Shown here: in pieces, positions 52,158 to 64,000 of the stretch
How positions within the stretch are numbered: the first letter of the stretch is position 1
How the letters are laid out: each line of letters opens with the position of its first letter
Assembly (NCBI GenBank): GCA_035294245.1
Contig: DATGLG010000004.1
Span: 386,592 to 450,591 of the forward strand
Source: Alphaproteobacteria bacterium
GTDB lineage: Bacteria > Pseudomonadota > Alphaproteobacteria > JACZXZ01
Reading direction: 5' to 3'
DNA length: 64,000 nt
Translations under genes and position numbers: made by a program
The notes under the pieces: generated by a model
What the model saw: the letters and a program-made list of their open reading frames with translations, nothing else
Database searches by the model: none
Told to the model about the DNA's origin: nothing

Positions 52158-53108
52158 CTAGCCGCGGGCACGCGGATGGGCGCGCTCATAGACGGCGAGG
52201 AGCTGCTCGGCGTCGACCTCCGTGTAGCGCTGGGTCGTCGAAAGCGACGCATGGCCCAAAAGCTCCTGGATCGCACGCAAGTCGCCGCCGGCGCCGAGGA
52301 GATGGGTGGCGAAGCTGTGGCGAAGCGCGTGCGGTGTCGCCGTGTCCGGAAGGTCAAGCCGCCGCCGGAGTTCCCGCATGCGTTGCTGCACGATCGCCGC
52401 GTGCAGCCGCTTGCCGCGCGCTCCGAAGAAGAGGGGCCCGTCCGCACCCCTGTCATAGGGGCAAGCAGCGAGATAGTCCTGTATGGCCGCCCGGACGATC
52501 GGAAGCACAGGCACGACGCGCTCCTTGCGACCCTTGCCGAGCACGCGAAGCGTCTCGCCTTGCGGCGCATCGCCGCGTCTCAAGCCGAGCGCTTCGCCGA
52601 TTCGCAGGCCGCAGCCATAGAGCAGTGTCAGAACGGCAACGTCGCGACGCGCGATCCAAGCCGAAGAGGAAAGTGCGGCAATCTCGTCGATCGTCTTGGC
52701 GGCGTCGGCGATCGTGAGCGGCCGCGGCACGGTGCGGGGCAGCTTCGGAGAGCGGGCTGAAGCGATTGCGGCCGATGAGGCGTGTCCCCGCCGAGCGCAA
52801 TATCGCGCAAAGCTGCGAACGACGGAGAGGGCTCGTGCGGTCGAGCTGCGCGCGTGACCGTCGAGGGTGCGGCGCGCGAGCCAGGCGCGCAGATCGGCCG
52901 GCCGCATCGACGCGAGAGAGGTCAAGCCCGGCGCCTCGCCGAGATGCTCCGCGAGAAAAGTCACGAACGCGAAGATATCGCGGCGATAGGCCTCGACGGT
53001 ATGTGGAGAGGCGCGACGCTCGTTCGTGAGCCAGTCCAGCCATTGAGCGATGGCCGCGCTCAGCTCGGGCGCGGCCGGGAACGTCGCTAAAGCGGTAGAT
53101 CGAGCCAT
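52158..53108 (-). CDS. xerC: Tyrosine site-specific recombinase XerC/XerD family (likely XerC given the upstream DUF484 gene)
   Basis: SPHTVEAYRRDI…ARALSVVRSF…HALRHSFATHLLGAGGDLRAIQELLGHASLSTTQRYTEV contains the R-H-R-Y catalytic residues. Its 5' end overlaps the DUF484 ORF end by about 20 nt. Confidence 0.85.
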   Translation of the reverse strand: MARSTALATFPAAPELSAAIAQWLDWLTNERRASPHTVEAYRRDIFAFVTFLAEHLGEAPGLTSLASMRPADLRAWLARRTLDGHARSSTARALSVVRSFARYCARRGHASSAAIASARSPKLPRTVPRPLTIADAAKTIDEIAALSSSAWIARRDVAVLTLLYGCGLRIGEALGLRRGDAPQGETLRVLGKGRKERVVPVLPIVRAAIQDYLAACPYDRGADGPLFFGARGKRLHAAIVQQRMRELRRRLDLPDTATPHALRHSFATHLLGAGGDLRAIQELLGHASLSTTQRYTEVDAEQLLAVYERAHPRARG

Positions 53109-53746
53109 GCGCGGACGTTGTGCTCGATCGCGCGGGCGAGAAAGCCGAGGAGCTCCGTTCCCTGTCCGGGATGGAAGCGGTTCTCCTTGCGCGAGCCGAG
53201 CGCCAGCAAGCCGGCGGGCGCGGCAGGGCTGAAGCGAAGACGCAGCAGGGCTTCGGAGCGCACGAGCCGCGCCGCCGAGCCAAAGATCGCCTTGTCTGCC
53301 CGAGCGGTGCCGGAGAGCAGCATGTCACGGGCGGTGCCGAGCACGCGGTCGACGGCACCCGGATCGATCACCCTCACGCCCGGCGTCTCGCACCGGGGCG
53401 GCGGCGAGGCTGTCGCTTCGATGCAAAGGCTCGCGACATCGAGGCCGAGGAAAACGGGAAGATCGATGGTCACCGCCTGGATGAGGTGCTCGAAGCTGCT
53501 CGCGGCCATCAGCGCCAGGACGGCGCGATGGATGCGGGTTTGGCTCTTCAGGTTGAGCCGTGCCAGCGCGACCATGTGGTCGCGCTCCTCTTCGAGTTCG
53601 CGGGTGCGCCGCGTGAGACGCTCGACCATGAAGCGCTGAAGGTCGACCACGCGATCGCCGCTCTCCCGCTCGGGGTGGAGCAGCGGGGCCAGCAGGTCGG
53701 CATGGGCGCCGAGGAACTCCGGATGCGCCCGCAAATAAGCGAGCAC
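53087..53746 (-). CDS. DUF484 family protein (commonly co-transcribed with xerC)
   Basis: …ETQVLAYLRAHPEFLGAHADLLAPLL…, GAF-like C-terminus. The start is uncertain (GTG/TTG near 53746-53752). The track ORF start at 53944 would overlap the transaldolase gene. Confidence 0.6.
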   Translation of the reverse strand: MLAYLRAHPEFLGAHADLLAPLLHPERESGDRVVDLQRFMVERLTRRTRELEEERDHMVALARLNLKSQTRIHRAVLALMAASSFEHLIQAVTIDLPVFLGLDVASLCIEATASPPPRCETPGVRVIDPGAVDRVLGTARDMLLSGTARADKAIFGSAARLVRSEALLRLRFSPAAPAGLLALGSRKENRFHPGQGTELLGFLARAIEHNVRAWLDLPL

Positions 53747-53792
53747 CTGAGTCTCGTCCAAGTTCTGCTCGGCGGTACGCTCGGGTCTTTCG

Positions 53793-54485
53793 TTAGGCTT
53801 GGGCAACGGCGCGCGGTCCCTGTTCGTGGCCGAGAATCGACTGTCCGGTCTTCGCCCAGTCGGCGAGGAACTGGGCCAGGCCCTTCTCGGTGAGTGGGTG
53901 GACAAAAAGCTGGCGCAGCACGCCGGGTGGCACCGTCGCCACATGCGCCCCCAGGCGTGCCGCCTCGATCACATGAAGCGGGTTGCGCACGGAGGCGACC
54001 AGCACCTCCGTCTTGAACTTCGCATATTGGCGATAAATGGCGACGATATCTCGGATGAGCTCCATGCCGGGCTGCGCAATATCATCGAGACGCCCGACGA
54101 AAGGCGAGATGAAGGCGGCACCGGCCTTCGCGGCGAGGATCGCCTGGCCGGCCGAAAAGCAGAGCGTGACATTGACCATCGTGCCTTCATCGGCGAGCGC
54201 CTTGCATGTCTTGAGCCCGTCGACCGTAAGCGGCACCTTGACGGCGATGTTTTTGGCGAGCCGTGCCAGCCGGCGTCCTTCCGCCAGCATGGTGGCGTGA
54301 TCCGTCGCCGTTACCTCAGCACTCACGGGCCCGGGGATGATGGCGCAGATTTCCTGCACGACATCGAAGAATTTGCGGCCGCTCTTGGCTACAAGCGAGG
54401 GATTCGTCGTAACGCCGTCGACGAGCCCCGTCGAGGCGAGATCGCGAATGTCGCTCAGATCGGCGCTGTCGATGAAGAATTTCAT
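53793..54485 (-). CDS. tal: Transaldolase (short type 3B) / fructose-6-phosphate aldolase family
   Basis: [31 protein letters not shown]…KVPLT (Schiff-base Lys)…NVTLCFS. 230 aa from the internal Met. Confidence 0.85.
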   Translation of the reverse strand: MKFFIDSADLSDIRDLASTGLVDGVTTNPSLVAKSGRKFFDVVQEICAIIPGPVSAEVTATDHATMLAEGRRLARLAKNIAVKVPLTVDGLKTCKALADEGTMVNVTLCFSAGQAILAAKAGAAFISPFVGRLDDIAQPGMELIRDIVAIYRQYAKFKTEVLVASVRNPLHVIEAARLGAHVATVPPGVLRQLFVHPLTEKGLAQFLADWAKTGQSILGHEQGPRAVAQA

Positions 54486-54570
54486 GGTCGCCCGTTTCCC
54501 TCGCTGTTTATCGCCCTGCGCCCGCACACCCGCTTGGCGCGGCCGCGATCCACCCTCTAGTGTATAGCCA

Positions 54571-56781
54571 ATGATTGGGGAAAGCACCATCGCCGCGACG
54601 CGGCCGGTGGCCGCACGCCGGTGCGCCGTGCTGCTGCCGCTGCCTCTCGCCGGCGCCTATGATTACGAGGTACCGGACCGACTCGAGGTCGCTCCCGGCG
54701 ACTTCGTTCGCGTGCCGCTCGGCCGACGCGAACTGGCTGGGGTCGTCTGGGGCGCGGCGTCAAGTGAAATTCCACAGCACCGGCTCAAGCCCATTCTCGC
54801 TCGTTTCGACATGCCGGGACTTTGCGAGGTTCAGCGGCGGTTTATTGATTGGGTCGCCCATTATACCCTCACGCCTCCGGGCGCCGTGCTCAAGATGGCC
54901 ATGAGCGTGCCGCAGGCTCTCGAGCCGCGACGGCCGCAACGCGCCTATTCGCGTGCGGACGTTGAGCTTCCGGAGACGTTACGGCTAACGGCAGCGCGTC
55001 GTCGTGTCCTGGCGCTGCTGGTTGACAGCCCGCCTCGCACCCTTCCCGATCTCGCTCGCGAGGCAGGCGTTAGCCCGGGCGTCGTCAAAGACCTGGCGGC
55101 GGCCGGGGTGCTCGTGCCGACGGAATTGTCCCCGCCCGACGCCGTCACTCAACCGGATGTCATGCGGCCGGGCGTGGCGCTGTCTTTGGACCAGCGGGTC
55201 GCGGCAGACGCCCTCGTAACGAAGGTCAAGCAGGGGGGCTTCGGCGTCACGCTTCTCGACGGCGTAACGGGATCGGGGAAAACCGAAGTCTATTTCGAGG
55301 CTATCGCCGCGACGCTCGCCGCAGGTCGCCAGGCCCTGGTGCTATTGCCGGAGATCGCATTGACGGCGCAATGGCTCCAGCGCTTCCGCGCGCGCTTCGG
55401 CACAGCACCCGCCGAGTGGCACTCTGATCTCGGATCCGGTCAGCGACGGTCGACCTGGCGCGCGGTTGCCGAAGGACGACTCTCGATTGTGGTCGGCGCG
55501 CGCTCGGCGCTCTTCCTTCCGTTTCCACGGCTGGGACTCATCGTCGTCGACGAAGAGCACGATGCTTCGTACAAGCAGGAGGACGGCGCCATCTATCAGG
55601 CGCGCGACATGGCCGTGGTGCGGGCGCGCCTGGGCGGACATCCCATCATCCTCGCTTCTGCGACACCATCGCTCGAAACTGTGGAAAATGTGCGTCAGGG
55701 CCGTTACGACGTGCTCCATCTTCCGGATCGGCACGGGGGTGCCGTGCTTCCGGAGGTCAAGATCATCGACATGCGCCGCGATCCACCACCGCGGCAATCC
55801 TGGCTCTCGCCGCCGCTGCGGGCGGCCCTGGCCGATACCCTCGCGGCGAAAGAGCAGGCGGCACTTTTCCTCAACCGGCGCGGCTATGCGCCTTTGACGC
55901 TCTGCCGTGCCTGCGGCCATCGGCTGCAGTGCCCGAAATGCACGGCCTGGCTGGTCGAGCATCGTCAAGCCAAGCGGCTGCAATGCCATCATTGCGGCTA
56001 CGCGACGGCACTTCCCTCCCATTGCCCTGCCTGCGAGGCGGACGGAAGCTTGGCCGCCTGCGGGCCAGGTGTCGAGCGTCTCGCCGAGGAAGTCGCCATC
56101 GCCTTCCCCTCGGCACGAGTCGCAGTAGCGGCCAGCGATACGCTCGCTGGCCCGCAGGCGGTCGCCGCGCTGATCGAGCGGGTCGCCGCCCACGAGATCG
56201 ACATCCTGATCGGCACCCAGGTGATCGCCAAAGGCCATCATTTCCCGCTCTTGACGCTGGTGGGCATCGTCGACGCCGATCTAGGCCTGAGCGGCGGCGA
56301 TCTGCGCGCGGCCGAGCGCACCTATCAGCTCCTCGCCCAAGTCGCCGGCCGCGCCGGCCGAGCGACCCGGGTGGGGCGCGTCTATCTCCAAACCTATCAG
56401 CCGGAGCACCCGGTGATGCGAGCCCTGGTTTCCGGGGAACGGGACCGCTTTCTTGAGGCCGAGGCGCAAGAGCGCCGTCGTGCTGGGATGCCCCCCTTCG
56501 GCCGATTGGCCGCCCTGATCCTCTCCGGCCCGGATGAAGCGGCCGTCGAGCGCGCAGGGCAAGATCTCGGCCGCAAGGCCCCCCGCATGGCGGGCGTCGA
56601 GGTGTTCGGTCCAGCGCCGGCACCCTTGGCCCGCATCCGCGGGCGCTTCCGTCACCGCCTGCTGCTCAAGGCGGAGCGACGGATCAACCTACAAACCATG
56701 TTGAATCAATGGCTTGACCAAGTCTCCCTTCCCGCCGGCGTGCGTCTTCAGGTCGATGTGGACCCGTACAGCTTCCTTTAG
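54571..56781 (+). CDS. priA: Primosomal protein N' (replication restart helicase PriA)
   Basis: Walker [17 protein letters not shown] (DExH), Cys4 zinc-binding insertions ([13 protein letters not shown]…[17 protein letters not shown]). 736 aa. Confidence 0.9.
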   Translation: MIGESTIAATRPVAARRCAVLLPLPLAGAYDYEVPDRLEVAPGDFVRVPLGRRELAGVVWGAASSEIPQHRLKPILARFDMPGLCEVQRRFIDWVAHYTLTPPGAVLKMAMSVPQALEPRRPQRAYSRADVELPETLRLTAARRRVLALLVDSPPRTLPDLAREAGVSPGVVKDLAAAGVLVPTELSPPDAVTQPDVMRPGVALSLDQRVAADALVTKVKQGGFGVTLLDGVTGSGKTEVYFEAIAATLAAGRQALVLLPEIALTAQWLQRFRARFGTAPAEWHSDLGSGQRRSTWRAVAEGRLSIVVGARSALFLPFPRLGLIVVDEEHDASYKQEDGAIYQARDMAVVRARLGGHPIILASATPSLETVENVRQGRYDVLHLPDRHGGAVLPEVKIIDMRRDPPPRQSWLSPPLRAALADTLAAKEQAALFLNRRGYAPLTLCRACGHRLQCPKCTAWLVEHRQAKRLQCHHCGYATALPSHCPACEADGSLAACGPGVERLAEEVAIAFPSARVAVAASDTLAGPQAVAALIERVAAHEIDILIGTQVIAKGHHFPLLTLVGIVDADLGLSGGDLRAAERTYQLLAQVAGRAGRATRVGRVYLQTYQPEHPVMRALVSGERDRFLEAEAQERRRAGMPPFGRLAALILSGPDEAAVERAGQDLGRKAPRMAGVEVFGPAPAPLARIRGRFRHRLLLKAERRINLQTMLNQWLDQVSLPAGVRLQVDVDPYSFL

Positions 56782-56789
56782 GGCCCGGA

Positions 56790-58013
56790 ATGCCGTCTAA
56801 TGCCCCCTTTCCTTCGATGGCATTGTCGGCCCGCGGATCAGGAGGCAGCGTGAACGTTCACATCGGCAGCAACGTCTTCGACGACGAGATCGTCGAAATC
56901 AGGCACCGCATTCACCAGCATCCCGAGCTCGGCTTCGAGGAGCTGCGCACGAGTGATCTCGTGGCGGAGCGCTTGGCGGCCTGGGGTTATGAGGTCCATC
57001 GGGGTCTCGGCAAGACGGGGGTCGTCGGCACTCTCAAGGCCGGCTCGGGAACGCGGAGCATCGGCATTCGCGCCGATATGGACGCGCTCCCAATCCAAGA
57101 GACCACGGGCCTGCCCTATGCCAGCCGACGCCCCAATACGATGCACGCCTGCGGCCATGACGGGCATACCGCCATGCTGCTGGGTGCGGCGAAGCAGATC
57201 GCCGAGTCGCGCAAGTTCAACGGCACGGTGCATCTCATCTTCCAGCCTGCCGAGGAAGGCCAGGGCGGCGCCGTTCAGATGATGAAAGACGGGCTGTTCC
57301 GCCTGTTTCCCTGCAATGCCATTTTCGCCATGCACAACATGCCGGGATTCCCGGAAGGAAAGCTCGTCTTCCGGGCTGGACCCTTCATGGCCTCGGCGGA
57401 TCGCGCAGAGATCGTCATCAAGGGTGTGGGCGGCCATGGCGCCTTCCCTCAGAAGACTATCGATCCCGTCGTCGTGGCGGCCTCCATCGTCATGGCCTTG
57501 CAGAGTATTGTCGCACGCAACATCGACCCCCAGGATCCTGCGGTCGTGACGGTCGGCGCCATCAAGGCCGGCGATGCGCCCAATGTCATTCCTCCCGATG
57601 CGACAATGTCTCTCAGCATCCGCGCCCTCGATCCCGCCGTGCGCAAATCCCTAAGATCGCGGATCACGGCACTCGCTAAGGCGCAGGCGGAAAGCTACGG
57701 CGCCACGGCAATCGTCAACTACCGCGAGGGTTTCCCGGTGCTCGTCAATACCGAGAAGGAAACCGCCTTCGCCGCCCAGGTGGCGAAAGAGCTGGTCGGT
57801 GAGGAGAACGTGATCCTCGATCCACGGCCCCTCATGGGCAGCGAGGATTTCGCCTGCATGCTCGAGGAGCTCCCCGGCTGCTACCTCCTCATCGGCAACG
57901 GCGACGGCGAGGGCAATTGCATGGTCCACAACCCTGGGTTCGACTTCAACGATCGCTGTATTCCCATCGGCAGCGCCTATTGGACAAGGCTTGTCGAGCG
58001 GTTTCTGAGCTGA
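56790..58013 (+). CDS. M20-family amidohydrolase (hippurate hydrolase-like), paralog 2
   Basis: Roughly 50% identical (by eye) to the 30527-31696 product: HPELGF…CGHDGHTAMLLGAA…FQPAEEGQGGA. The true start may be the GTG near 56850 (VNVHIGSNVFDDEIVEIRHRIH). Confidence 0.8.
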   Translation: MPSNAPFPSMALSARGSGGSVNVHIGSNVFDDEIVEIRHRIHQHPELGFEELRTSDLVAERLAAWGYEVHRGLGKTGVVGTLKAGSGTRSIGIRADMDALPIQETTGLPYASRRPNTMHACGHDGHTAMLLGAAKQIAESRKFNGTVHLIFQPAEEGQGGAVQMMKDGLFRLFPCNAIFAMHNMPGFPEGKLVFRAGPFMASADRAEIVIKGVGGHGAFPQKTIDPVVVAASIVMALQSIVARNIDPQDPAVVTVGAIKAGDAPNVIPPDATMSLSIRALDPAVRKSLRSRITALAKAQAESYGATAIVNYREGFPVLVNTEKETAFAAQVAKELVGEENVILDPRPLMGSEDFACMLEELPGCYLLIGNGDGEGNCMVHNPGFDFNDRCIPIGSAYWTRLVERFLS

Positions 58014-58266
58014 CGCGCTCTCGAGAACGGCCCTTTTACGGCGCCGGTTCCGCGAGGCAATCGGACGCAACCTGCATGAGTTGGAGTTGGTTGCGCCGTC
58101 GCTTTGACTGTGTTAGGAAACTGCCGCTTTTCGGGCGGGAACCTCCTGCCCGCAAGGGGAGCCATGCCCGTGCGCCGACGCATCTGGGCATGGCGCAAAC
58201 CCGCCGGAATTCGGCCGAGCAGGCCGAAGATCGGGTTCCTTCAGGGGCATCGCGAGGTTCGGGCGA

Positions 58267-60353
<2,087 letters not shown>

Positions 60354-60390
60354 GCGCGCGATCCGCCAGTAAGCGCGGAGACGGAAACGT

Positions 60391-61275
60391 ATGCCGAGCC
60401 TCAAGACCCTTCGCAACCGGATCAACAGCGTCAAGCAGACGCGCAAGATCACCTCGGCCATGAAGATGGTCGCGGCCGCCAAGCTTCGACGCGCTCAGGA
60501 GCAGGCGGAGTCGGCGCGGCCTTATGCGGAGCGGATGGATACGGTCTTGGCTTCGCTCGCCGCCAGCATGAAGAGCAGGCCGGGGGCGCCACCGATGCTG
60601 ATCGGAACCGGCAAGGACGAGGTCCACCTCGTCGTCGTAATGACGGCTGATCGCGGGCTTTGCGGCAGCTTCAATTCCTCGATCGTGCGCGAGGCGCGCC
60701 GGTTGATCCGCGAGCTTGTGGGGCAGGGCAAGACTGTCAAGATCCTCTGTATCGGCCGCAAGGGACGCGACCAGCTCCGGCGCGAGTATGCGCAATACAT
60801 CCTCGACACGGTGACCGACGTTGCGCGCCCTCGCATCACGTTCGAGACCGCCGAACGAGTGGGACGGCGCATCACCGAGATGTTCCAGACCGGCGAGTTC
60901 GACGTCTGCACGATCGTCTACAACAAATTCAAGTCGGCGATGACGCAGATCGTCACGCGTCAGCAGATCATCCCTCTCCATGTGACCGAGGCGGCGGCGC
61001 GCACTGGCGGGACGACGGCGGCCGTTTACGAATACGAGCCCGAAGAAGAGGAGATGCTCGCTGAGCTCTTGCCGCGCAATCTCGCAGTTCAGCTTTTCAA
61101 GGCCCTCCTCGAGAACAACGCCAGCGAGCAAGGCGCGCGCATGACCGCGATGGATAACGCGACCCGCAACGCCGGCGAAATGATCAACAAGCTGACGCTC
61201 AATTACAACCGCACGCGTCAAGCCGTCATCACCAAGGAGCTGATCGAGATCATCTCGGGCGCCGAGGCGGTCTGA
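60391..61275 (+). CDS. atpG: ATP synthase F1 gamma subunit
   Basis: [36 protein letters not shown] is canonical gamma. 294 aa. Confidence 0.95.
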   Translation: MPSLKTLRNRINSVKQTRKITSAMKMVAAAKLRRAQEQAESARPYAERMDTVLASLAASMKSRPGAPPMLIGTGKDEVHLVVVMTADRGLCGSFNSSIVREARRLIRELVGQGKTVKILCIGRKGRDQLRREYAQYILDTVTDVARPRITFETAERVGRRITEMFQTGEFDVCTIVYNKFKSAMTQIVTRQQIIPLHVTEAAARTGGTTAAVYEYEPEEEEMLAELLPRNLAVQLFKALLENNASEQGARMTAMDNATRNAGEMINKLTLNYNRTRQAVITKELIEIISGAEAV

Positions 61276-62739
<1,464 letters not shown>

Positions 62740-62767
62740 GCCGGATCTGCTCAACGGGAGCAAAGCC

Positions 62768-63178
62768 ATGGCGGAAAAGCTGCGTTTCGAGCTGGTGAGC
62801 CCCGAGCGGCTCCTGCTGTCGGAAGAAGTGGAAATGGTGGTGGTCCCCGGTAGCGAAGGGAATTTCGGCGCCCTGCCAAAGCACGCTCCACTCCTCTCCT
62901 TGGTCCGCCCGGGGGTCATCGACGTCTACGCCACGCGCCAAGGCCCCGTCAGCGAGCGGCTGTTCGTCGCCGGCGGTTATGCCGAGGTGACGCCGGAGCG
63001 CTGCACCGTTCTCGCCGAGGCGGCGACGCCCCTTTCCGAGATCGACCGCGGCAAGGTCGAGGCGGAACTCAAGGATCTTCGCGAGGATCTCGACGACTCA
63101 AAGGACGACGCGGAAAAGAAGCTTGTCATGGCAAAAATCGCCCTGGCCGAAGCCAAGCTCAAGGCCATCGGGACCTGA
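62768..63178 (+). CDS. atpC: ATP synthase F1 epsilon subunit
   Basis: 136 aa. FELVSPERLLLSEEVEMVVVPGSEGNFGALPKHAPL is canonical epsilon. Confidence 0.95.
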   Translation: MAEKLRFELVSPERLLLSEEVEMVVVPGSEGNFGALPKHAPLLSLVRPGVIDVYATRQGPVSERLFVAGGYAEVTPERCTVLAEAATPLSEIDRGKVEAELKDLREDLDDSKDDAEKKLVMAKIALAEAKLKAIGT

Positions 63179-63291
63179 AGCGTCTTCGGAGGTTGGATCC
63201 GATAAACTCAAAAGCTTGTCAGAACGGACGGCGCAAGCGATATAATCACAAGCGCTGGGTCAAGCTACAGGAAGCGTTGTGAGGAGTAACC

Positions 63292-64000
63292 ATGGCGCAC
63301 TGGACGCTGGACGACATTCCGTGGGAGCGCTTTGACCGCTCCAAGGTCGACCCCGAACTCTTGAAAATCATCAAGGCAGCGAGCCTTGTCGAGCATAACG
63401 GCTATGAATATGCCCGCTATCTCGAAAGCGTCTTCCGTGACGATGTGAGCTTTCAGGAGGCGGCCTGGATTTGGGCGCGGGAAGAGGTTCAGCACGGCAA
63501 GGCCCTCGCCCGCTGGGCCAAGCTGGTCGATCCGGGTTTCGATTTCGACAAGGCCTTCGCGCTCTTTGCAGAGAAAATCCGGTTGCCCGTTGAGGCCGAG
63601 CGATCAGTGCGGGGAACGCGCACGGGGGAGCTCATCGCGCGCTGTATCGTTGAGGTTGGCACCAGCTCCTATTATACGGCGCTCGCTGCCGCGGCGCGCG
63701 AGCCGGTGCTGCACGAGATCTGCAAGCATATCGCCGCCGACGAGCTGCGCCACTACAAGCTCTTCTACACCCATCTCCGCGCATACCTCGCCCGGGAGCG
63801 CGTCGGGCCGCTGCGGCGGTTCTGGGTGGCACTGCGACGCTTCTTCGAAAGCGAGGATGACGAGCTCGCCTTCGCCTATTACGCCGCCAATCACCTCGAT
63901 GACGGGCCTTACGAGCGCAAGCGATACAATGCCGCCTATGTGCGGCGGGCTTATAGCTATTATCACCCCGGGCATGTCGAGCGCGGCGTGGCCATGGCGC
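63292..64000 (+). CDS. Ferritin-like (di-iron carboxylate) domain protein, 3' end outside the window
   Basis: An ATG at 63292 is preceded by GAGGAG. The frame is open to the window end, which is why it is absent from the ORF track. It shows normal codon bias and two ExxH-like segments (WAREEVQHGKAL; AADELRHYKLF). Confidence 0.55.
   Translation, partial: MAHWTLDDIPWERFDRSKVDPELLKIIKAASLVEHNGYEYARYLESVFRDDVSFQEAAWIWAREEVQHGKALARWAKLVDPGFDFDKAFALFAEKIRLPVEAERSVRGTRTGELIARCIVEVGTSSYYTALAAAAREPVLHEICKHIAADELRHYKLFYTHLRAYLARERVGPLRRFWVALRRFFESEDDELAFAYYAANHLDDGPYERKRYNAAYVRRAYSYYHPGHVERGVAMA

Noticed and set aside
58162-58195. Inverted repeat GCCATGCCC…GGGCATGGC upstream of atpH as a terminator/attenuator
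   Set aside because: A 9-bp stem with a 16-nt loop and no following T-tract. That is too weak to call.

Overview
High-GC (~65%) chromosomal segment, almost certainly from an alphaproteobacterium (Rhizobiales-like; RIME-type palindromic repeats, DUF2336, DUF484-xerC, PEP-CTERM, short FtsY). Most of the window is conserved core genome on the + strand. It includes rpsP-rimM-trmD-rplS, leuCD-leuB, asd, sdhCDAB, mdh-sucCD-sucAB-lpdA, priA, atpHAGDC, pgk, ffh, ftsY-mtaB-dapF, and a partial aminotransferase followed by a TPP enzyme and a GH15 glucoamylase. No rRNA or tRNA genes and no CRISPR array were found. The accessory part is a ~3 kb stretch (7.2-10.5 kb). It contains a PEP-CTERM secreted protein next to a LuxR-family regulator, then a HigB/HigA toxin-antitoxin cassette with a near-consensus sigma70 promoter. 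The cassette sits inside a ~1.6 kb block built entirely of composite palindromic repeat units (two unit types, three and two copies), and a glutathione S-transferase follows. Other points of interest are a 1158-aa multi-domain flavoprotein (GltD/NfnB-like fused to a PyrK/NfnA-like module with an unknown N-terminal domain), and a ~1 kb ORF-free, hairpin-rich region upstream of sdhC that ends in an AT-rich tract with three tandem CACAATTG-type repeats. There is also a CitE-like lyase plus a double-hotdog MaoC hydratase pair (mcl2/mch-like or itaconate-degradation-like), and two paralogous M20 amidohydrolases. Many long ORFs in the six-frame track are antisense artefacts of GC-rich coding sequence and were discarded.
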